Of a DNA stretch of 64,000 nt, positions 55,237 to 64,000 are shown one piece after another. Each line of letters opens with the position of its first letter. The first letter of the stretch is position 1. Below the pieces are notes generated by a model. It worked only from the letters and a program-made list of their open reading frames with translations. It was not told where the DNA came from and ran no database searches. The stretch comes from Scenedesmus sp. PABB004. Lineage: Eukaryota. The stretch is taken from positions 62,001 to 126,000 of the forward strand of contig JABVCE010000010.1 in the NCBI GenBank assembly GCA_014905635.1, given 5' to 3'. Both the position numbers and the translations under genes were made by a program.

Positions 55237-58200
55237 CTAGTGCGCGAGGCCTGGCACGCCGGGCAGCAGCGGGCCGACGCGCAGCGCGAAGAGCTCGCTG
55301 AGCGCGCGCTGCACGTCGGGCGGCGCGTACTCGCAGGTGATGAGCGCCGTCAGCACCGGGAAGAAGCGCTCCAGCTCGCCCTGGAACGTCGCGCCGTCCA
55401 GCGCGCTCAGCGCCTGCACCGGGCGCGGACGCACGCGGCGGCGGCGCGCGGGGCGGCGGCGCGCGGGGCGGGAGAGGGTGAGGCGCGCGCGCGGGCGCGA
55501 GCGCGGCGGCGGCGCGCGCGGCGGCGCGCGCGGCGGGCCGGCCGCGCCGCACCTTGAGCGTGGAGACCACGAGCGGCGCAAACGCGGCGTACTCGGCTGA
55601 GCTGGAGGCCATGCCGCCGCCGCCGCCGCCGCCGCCGCCGCTGGCCTGCCCGGGCCTGCTGCTGCCTGCTGCGCCGCCGCCGGCGCCCGCTGGCGCCGAG
55701 GCTGCCGCGCCGCCCGCGCCCGGCTGCTGGCCGCTGCCGAAGCGCTCCAGCACCGCGTACGACAGACCCACGAGCCGCTCCGACGCCTGCACCCGAGCGC
55801 GGCGGCGCGGCAGTGAGCGCGGCGGCGGACGAGAGAGCAGCGCGGCGCGCCGCGCAGCCCGGGGCGCGCGCCGCGCGCGCCCGCACCCGCATCGCCTGCT
55901 GCGCGTCGGCGCCGCCGCGCCAGCCGGCGCCGGCGCGGCCCACGCTGGCCACGTGCATCAGCACCGACAGGTACGCGTGGCTCGCCTCCGCCTCCTGCCG
56001 CAGCAGCGGCGGGTCGGCGAGCCAGCGGTCCTCCGGCACGCGGTCCTCCGCCTGCTGCGCCGCCAGGCGGCGGCGCAGCGGAAGGTCGGTGTTCACGCGC
56101 CGCGCGTGGCCGCCGACCAGCTGCAGGCTGTCCGCCAGCGCGACCATCGCCGCCGGCTGCGCGGCGGCCGCAGGCGGCCGCAGGCGGCGGGGCACGGAGG
56201 GGGGACCACGTCAGCGGGCGGCGGCCTGCAGCCTCGCCGCGCCGCGCCCGCGCGCCCCTGCGCGCCGCCCCCGCGCCCGCGCCGCGCCCGCGCCGCGCCC
56301 GCCCCTGCGCCCGCGCCGCCCCGGCGCCGCGCCGCGCCCGCCCCCGCCCCTGCGCCGCACCGGCATCTGGTGGTAGTGCTGCGCGTACACCTCGCTCCCC
56401 GCCTGCACCAGCAGCAGCTGCACGCCCGCCGCGACGCGGAAGCGCAGCAGCCGCCGCATGCCCACGCCCTCGCGCAGCGTGTACGGCGGCCGCGGCTGCC
56501 CCGGCGCCGCGCCGCCGCCGCCGCCGCTGCCCGGCAGCGCGTCGGTGCTGCCGCCGCCGGCGCGCAGCGGCGGCGTGACCAGCTCGGCCGCGTCAGGCAG
56601 CGTGTCGTGCATCGCCGACTGCAGCGTGCCCACCACCTGCGCATGGGCGGGAGGGCTGGCGCGCGTGGGCGGCCACGCGCGGGGCCACGCGCGGGCGCGC
56701 CGCGGCCTGCGCAGCGGCGCGTGCGCGGCGCGGCGCGCCTGCAGCCAGGTGTCGGGCGTGAGCTGTCGGGCGCAGCTGTGCACGAGGCGCACGTACGCGG
56801 CGACGCCGACGCTGGCGAGGCTCGCGTGCGCGCGCGTGATGAAGCTGGCCAGCAGGCCCAGCAGGCGGGGGAGCAGCGGGACCAGCGGCTCGTAGTACTG
56901 CCCCACCAGGTCGACCAGGTGCTGCGCGGGGGGAGGGCGAGAGGGGGGTGAGAGGGCGGCGACAGGGCGTGGGCGCGGGCGGCCACGGGTCAGTGCGTGG
57001 CGTGAGCGCAGGCCGCGTCCCGTGCGCCAGCCGTGACCCCCCCCCCCCCCCCCAAATGCCCCGAGCGCGCGCCGCGCGCGCCGCGCGCCTGCAGGCAGTG
57101 CGTGCAGGTGTCGTAGAGCCACGCGTCCTCCTGCGCGCGGCGGCGCTCGCTGGTGAAGGTCGTGGTGTCGGTCACCTCCGCGCGCACGTGGTCAAAGATG
57201 GGCAGCAGCACGCGCTCAAAGATGCGGACCCAGAACGACGCGGCAAACGCGCCGCCGTGCGTCGCGAGCACGTCAAACAGCACCTGCGCGCGCGCAGCGT
57301 TGTCGGCCGGGCACGGCGCGGTGGGGGCGTGCGGGCGTGCGGGCGCGCGGCACCCGGGGCGGGGCCGGGGGCAGGCGGCGGCGCCGCCAACCCCGAGCGA
57401 CGCCGCGCCGCGCGCGCTATGCGCCGCACCTCGAGCGCGGCGCGGCGGATCTCAGGGCGCGGGTCGAACGTGAGCTCGCTGAGCCCCGCGAGCAGCGGGA
57501 ACCAAAAGTACACGTGCTCGTCCCGGTCAACAAAGCGCAGCCCGCCCGGGGACGACGCGCCGCCGTCGTCGAGCAGCGCCGCCGCCGGCGCGCCGTCCGG
57601 CTGCGCGTCCAGCGCGACCTGCGCGGCGGCGGCGGCGCCGCGCGCGTGAGCGCGCACGCTGGCTTGATTGCGTGTGCGCGTGCGCCACGCGGCGCGGCCG
57701 CGTGCGGCGGCGCGGCGCGCACCACGCGCGTGGGCGCGAGCCGCCCCGGCTCGACGTCGGGCACCGCGTCCGGCAGCTCCCCGATCGCGCCCTCCGCGAG
57801 CTTGGCGGCGCAGAAGCGCAGGAAGGCGATGGCGCTGAGCGCGACGTCGAGGGAGTGGGGGTTGTTGGTGAAGGCGATGAGGCAGTTGACGCAGTCGGTG
57901 AATGTCGTCGTCTCCGTCTCTGCCGCGGTCCGGGGTTGAGGGGGGTTGAGGGGGTTGAGGGCGTGCGGCGGGGCGGGCGGCGGGCGTGTTGAGCGTGCGA
58001 GCGTGCTTGCTTTGTTGGGGAGGGGGGAGGGGAGCGGCGCGGCGCACGCGGCGCGCGCGCGGCGTGCCGCCACCCGCCGCCGCCTGCCCGCGTCGCGCGG
58101 CCGCGGCGCACCGGTGATGTGCGCAAAGTGCTGGCGCACGATGCGCTCGACGGTGTCAAACGCGAGCGCGACGATGCCCGGGTCGGCGTCGCCCGCGGCG

Positions 58201-61200
58201 GTGGTGAAGACCATGAAGAGGCTCTTCCAGCCGCTCTTGACGTTGGCCACGCGCGCGAGCACCATCTGGCTCACGCAGCGGATGATGAGCTCCCGGATCT
58301 CAACCGCCTGCATCCAGGCGGCGCGGGGCGGGAGAGTCAGGGGGAGGGCGGCGGCAGGGCTCGCTGACGCTGCGCCACTGCGCCGCCGCGGCCGCCGCTG
58401 CGGCCGCCGCTGCGGCGCACCTGCGACTGGCGCATGACGACGACGAAGGGGCGCAGGAAGTCGTTCTGGAAGGTGTAGTTGGCGAGCTCGTCGCGCTCCA
58501 GGAACTTCATCGCGAGCTGGCGCAGGCTGTCGACGGCGTACAGCGACACGGGCAGGCTGGGCGAGCAGCCGACCGTGATGAAGTGCTGCGCGAGCACCGC
58601 CCACATGCGGCTCCACACCAGCCTGGGGAGAGGGGGCGGGAGGGGGGGGGTGGGGCGAGGGCGGGCGTGTGAGGTCGGGCGCGCGGCGGCGGCAGGGCGC
58701 GGCGCCGGCGGGGCGTGGCATGGCGCGCCCCGTGCGCGCCCCGTGCGGCTGGTCGCGCCTGATGCGGCCCATATTGAAGTGGGAGATCTCGACGATCTTG
58801 GTCAGGCTGTACACGCGCGGCGCTGACGGCGCGGACAGCTCGTCCGCGCTGATCGCCGCGAGCGCGCGCACAAAGGCCACGATCGCGTCGCTGTCCAGGC
58901 CCGCGGACGACACGTACACCTGGCGGCGCGGGGCAGGGGCGCGCGCGGCGGCGCGAGCGGCGCGGCGTCCGCGCGGCGGCGGCGCGGGCGGCGTCCGCGC
59001 GGCGCCCGCGGCGGCGGCGGCGCGGGGAGGGGCGCGACGCGCGGCCCCCGGCGCGCCGCGGGCGCCCTGCCGCGCCTTGTTGATGGCGGCGGCGTCGACG
59101 GCGGCGATGATCTCCGGCGCGAGCGAGAGGCCCTCGAGCCCGCCCTCGTGGTGCCCGTGGTGGTGCCCGTGGTGGTGCCCGCCGCCCCCCGGCGCGCCCG
59201 CGCCGCGCTTGAGGCTGGCCTCGCTCATTGCCATCGTCTCCATCGACTGCGGCCCGCTCGGCGCGCCGCCGGCGCCCGGGCCGCCGCCGCGGCGCGGCGG
59301 CGCGCCGCCGCGGCGCTTTGCGTCGCCCGCCGGCAGCGCGCCGCCGGCGCCGGCGAAGAGCACCGCGTCGCTCGGCGTGCCGCTCGCCATCTGCTGCAGC
59401 AGCTCCCAGCGGCTGATGCAGCGCAGCACCTCCAGCCAGCTGCGGCGCGCGGCGCACGGCGGCGCGCCGGGTGGGTGAGCGGCAGCGGCGCGGCGCCACT
59501 ACCAACCCCTTCCCCGCGCCCCTTTCTCTCTCCCCCGTCCCGCGCCGCGCACCGCTCTCCGAGATGGTCCCCCACCGACAGCGCGACGTTGAGCAGCGCC
59601 CCGAACGCCAGCGCGTGCTTGACCCGCATCGTGGGCGGGCTGTGGAGGTGGCTGAAGTTGGCGAGGCAGTTGACGTACACGTCGCGCAGGTTGGCCACGC
59701 CGAGCGACGCGGAGAGGCACGCGGCGGCCTCAAAGCCGGTCAGCACGAGGCGCAGCAGGCGGGGGTCGCTGTACTCGTCAAACAGCAGGCTGAAGCAGCC
59801 CAGCAGCGGCGCCCAGATGACCTCCAGCATCGGGCGCACCGTGTCTGGCGGCGGCGCGTGCGGGCAGGGCAGGGCAGGGGCGGCGGCAGGCGAGGCGGGG
59901 GTCAGCGAGAGCAGGGCGCAGCGCGGGAGGTCAGAGAGGGCGGCGGCACGCGGCGCGCCACGCCCCCCCCTCGGGCCCCGCCGCCGCGCCGCCTGGCCCC
60001 AGCCGCATCACGCCCCTGCCACGCCGCCGCCGCCCCTGCTGAGCCCTGCCCGCCTCACCCGGGTCGGTCGCTGTGAAGTAGGTCGCGCCGTGCGCGCGCG
60101 CGTGCAGGTAGTCGAGCGTGCGCGCGATCGCGTCGTCGCTCGGCTCCGCGCTCGTCGCGGCCTTGGCCCCGCCGACGATGGACCAGAGCGCCGACATGAG
60201 CAGGCTGCCGCGCGCCGCCGCCTCGGCGGCCGCCTTGGCGCTCGGCGCGTCGACGAGCTCGTCCTTGATCTGGGGGGGGGTGTGGGTGGGCGGGCGGGCG
60301 GGTGGGCGGGCTGGTGCAGGGGGGTCGCTGGCTGGCGGCGCACCCGCTGGGCGCTCGCGCGCACGCATCGCATCCAAACGCCCCCTCATCCAGCCCTCTC
60401 CCCTCCCTCGCCGCGCCGCGCGCTGCGCCCGCGGCGCGCCTCCCACCTTGATCTCGTTGTGCACGATGCGGTCGTACAGCGCGCGCATGAAGGGCGGGGG
60501 CAGGTCTGCGCCGTCGTTGATGCCGCGGTTGTTTTTGAGAAAGTCCTCGGCGCTCATCTTCTTCTTCACCTGGCGGGCGGGCAGGCGGGGCGGGTGGGGG
60601 GGGGGGGGGGGGAGGGAGGCAGGGGAGCGAGTGAGAGAGTGAGATCGGGGTGAGTGAGGGAGTGAGCGAGGGGCACGGGGCGGCAGGGGCGAGGCGGCAG
60701 GCGCGCGCGCCGCGCCCGCGCCCGCGCCGCGCCGCGCCTGCGGGTTGTGCGCGTCGGTGTTGAGCATGATGACGCTGTAGGCGAGCACGTACGCGACGTC
60801 GGCGCTCTTGAAGCTCCCCGGGTTGCACAGCACGTAGCGCTCCGCAAACTTCTCCATCAGGCGGTCAATCTTCTGCGCCTCGCCCGGCAGCCGGAAGCCC
60901 TGCGCGCGGCCGCGCGCGCGCGCGGGGCCGGCCGGTCACGGCCGCGGCGCCGAGGCAGCAGCAGGCACCGCGCCGCCGGCCGCGCCGCCGGCGCAGGCCC
61001 TGGCCCGAGGGCCTGTGACCCCCCTCCCCCGTCCCCGCGCGCCTGCAGGAAGGTGCGTATGGCGGTGTCAAACTCCAGCCCCCCAAAGTCGATGCTGTCG
61101 ACATACGCATGCATCACGCGCAGCGCGCCCTCCTCGCGCTCGCCCAGGTAGTCCCCGATCAGCGTCTTGTCCAGCCCCTCCGCGCTGCGCAGGAAGGCCG

Positions 61201-64000
61201 CGACCTCCTCGGGGCTGCGCCCGACCATGCCCTCCGCCTGCGGCGGCGACGGGCGGGCTTGGCGGCGCGGCGGGGCCGCCGCGCGGCGCGGCGCGCGCAC
61301 AGCATGCGCAGCGCGCGCAGCGCACAGCGCAGCGCGCGCGCCTGCAGCGCGGCGATGCCCTTCTTGGGCTTGGTGTTGAAGAGGGCGATGCCCTCCGTCC
61401 ACTTCTCCTTGGCCGCGCGCTTGCGGATCAGCGCGTCGCCCGCGCCCGCGCCGCCGCCGCCGCCGCCGCCAGACGGGGCGCTCTCGCGTGGCTCGCCGCC
61501 GCCGGGCGAGCCGCCGCGCGGCGTGCTGGCCGCGGCGGCGCCGCCGCGCGGCGTGCCCGACTCGGGCCCGCCCGAGAGGCTCGTGGCGCTGGGGTGCGTG
61601 CTGCCCATGGCGCCGCCCGGCGCGGGCTCCTCGTCCCTGCGCACGGCGTGGTGCGCAGGCCATCGGCGCCGCGCCCGCGGCTGCCAGCCCCGAGGCGCGC
61701 GGCCGCCAGCAGCCCCCCCCCTCCCGCCGGCCCTCCGCCCCGGCGCGCGGCGCACCCGTCGGGTCCGTCGGCGCCCGCCGCGCCGGTCCGCGCGGCCTGG
61801 TACCAGCGCAGCAGCGCGTCGGCGGCGGCGGAGAGGCACGTGAGCGCCTCCTGGCGCAGCCAGGCCTCCTGCGCGACGCTGGCCGCGTCGGCGCCCGCGG
61901 GCAGCGCCGCCTGGGCCATCTTGACCAGGCCGCTGATGAGGCGCTCAAAGAGGTTGCTGCTGCCGATGTCGCAGTCGTAGTTCACAAACAGGTCCACCAG
62001 CAGCTGCCCCTCGCCGCACACCTCGCGCAGGCAGCGCAGCACGACCACCCTGGCGGCAGCGCGGCGCGCGGCGCAGTGAGCGGGGCGGCGTGCACGGCGT
62101 GGGCTAGACGGACGCAGCCCGCGCCCCTGCGCGCCCGCGCGCGCGCACTTGTAGCTGTACGCGTTGACCGCGAGGCTGCCGGCCGGGCCAGCGCCGCCGC
62201 CGGCGGGTCCGGGCCCCGCGCCGCCGCCCGCGCCGGGCGGCTCCAAGGGCTTGAGCATTATCATCGGGAAGAACACGCCCACCTCGGCCTTGAGCACGGA
62301 CCTGAAGCGCTGCAGCAGGGACAGGAAGATGCTCGCCGAGAGCTGCAGCGCGGCGGGGATGCTGCTCGCGCTGTTCTTCAGCAGGCTCAGGCACAGGTAC
62401 TGCCGGATCGCGCCCGCAAAGCGCTCGCTGCCGCGGAACGTCGGCCCGCTGTTCTCCAGCACGACCTTGAGCAGCTCCAGCGCGAGCAGCTGCGCGCACC
62501 GGCGGACGCGGCGGCGGCAGCAGTGGCAGAGGCGAGGCGGCGGGGTGGGCGCGGCGGCGGCGGCCGCGGCCGGGGGCGCCCCAGGCGCGCGTAGCGGCGC
62601 CGGGAGGCCGCGCGCGCACCTTGCCGCGCACGGCGGTCGGGTCGGCGACCGTGGCGGTGTCGCTCGTGCGTATGCTGAGCTTGCAGAGCGCGCGAAAGAC
62701 AAGGAACGCGTCCTTCACCAGCAGCGCCCGCAGCGCCTCGCCCGGCGGCAAAGCCGGCGCCGCCGGCCCAGCGCCCGCCGCGCCGGCGGGGCCCGCGGCC
62801 GCGGCGGGCTGCGGCGCCGCGGCCGCCGCGGGCGGCGTCGCGTCGCCGGCGCTGCCGCTGTCCGCGCCGGCGAGGTGGAAGGTCTCCCGGTCGTCGCCCT
62901 CCTCGTCCTCCTCCTCGTCCTCCGACGCGCCGCGGGCGCCGCCGCGCCCGGCTGACGCGGCCGCCGCGGCGGCCGCCGAGTGCGCTGCCGCCGCCGCGGC
63001 CGCGGCCGCGGCGTCCGCGGCGTCCATGCTCGCGCGCGGCGCGAGAACCGCGTCCGCCACGCTCTGCTTGAGCGCCTCCGCGCTCTCGCCCGGCGCGGCG
63101 CCGCCGTAGCCCGCCGCGGCGACGACGTTGTTGAGAAACCCCTGCACCGCCGCCGCGACGCTGCTCGCCTCGGGCGCGGCCTTCGCGCTCGGCCCCCCGC
63201 CCAGCAGGTCGGCGACGATGATCGGCCGCACCTGCGCGCACGCAGCACGCAGCACGCGGGCGGGCGCGCGGCGCGGCGGGCTCGTTGCTCGGCGGCGCGC
63301 GGGCGCAGGCAGCGCCGCCGCGCGGCCCGGGCGCGCGGGTGCAACACCGCCGCAGGCACAGCGCGGGCCGCTGGCACGTCGGCGCCGAGTCCTCCGCCGC
63401 ACCGCGACGCCGAGCCGGCCGGCCTCCATGCGCTGGAAGACGACGTTGAGCATCTGCGTGAGCGCGGCCTTGGCGGTGGTCTGGTTGACCTCGCTGCGCG
63501 ACATGAGGTGGATGTTGTACGCCGTGCGCACGCCCAGCAGCAGCGCCTGGCCGTGCAGGCTGAACGTGCCGCTCGTCGCCGCGGTGAGCAGGCCGCGCAG
63601 GACGAGCACCTCCACGCCCTCGTCGGGGATCTCGTCGCAGCGGCACACGAGCGACACCGCGAGGCCCTGCGGGCTGCCGCCCGCGGCGCCGCCGCCGCCC
63701 AGCGCGCCGGCGCCGCCCTCCTCGCCCCGCTCCGGCTGCAGGTGGTGCGCCGCGCCCTGCAGGTACCTGCGCGGCGCGGGGGCGCGCGGCGCTCGGGCAC
63801 GCGCGAGGCACGGCGCGGCGCGGCGCGGCGGCCGCCCCACGCGGCCGCGCCGGGTGCGCCACACTGCCGGGGCCTCGGGCGGGCCCACCTGAAGGCGATG
63901 AGCTTGTGGATGAGGTCCAGCGCCACCTCCACGATCGCCGCGCGCCGCGTGTCCACCGCCGCCGCGAGCACCTGTGCCGCGGGCGCCGCGCGTGAGCTGG
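55237..64000 (-). CDS. Brefeldin A-inhibited Sec7 ARF guanine-nucleotide exchange factor, BIG type (5' end outside the window)
   Basis: [35 protein letters not shown], Sec7 catalytic [84 protein letters not shown]. Confidence 0.96.

Overview
A very GC-rich (visually ~75-80%), gene-dense, intron-rich eukaryotic nuclear region. TGTAA poly(A) signals, a GLN2-type glutamine synthetase, a RAP-domain gene and an unusual mitochondrial release factor point to a chlorophycean green alga, probably Sphaeropleales (inference). Most long ORFs in the supplied track are GC artefacts. I reconstructed about 17 spliced genes by hand: a large low-complexity protein, plastid GS2, an ankyrin protein, a hotdog thioesterase, a RAP protein, a 2OG-Fe(II)-like enzyme, an ENT-like transporter, three paralogous secreted jacalin/Cys-rich proteins, PI synthase, a BTB protein, organellar RF1, an FHA protein, a RecQ helicase, an Ala/Gly-rich protein and a 5'-truncated BIG-type Sec7 ARF-GEF. 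Four things stand out. (1) Two separate loci share one architecture: near-identical 0.83-1.18 kb inverted repeats, built from host promoter plus first-exon sequence, bracket one intact gene. One of them creates an in-frame ankyrin fusion and a promoter copy facing antisense into GS2. (2) The RF1 has its stop-codon-reading residues replaced. (3) GC-AG introns are unusually frequent. (4) A tandemly duplicated ~620 bp unit is packed with conserved hairpins. Several homopolymer frameshifts suggest long-read indel errors, so assembly artefact is a caveat throughout. Exon boundaries are manual.
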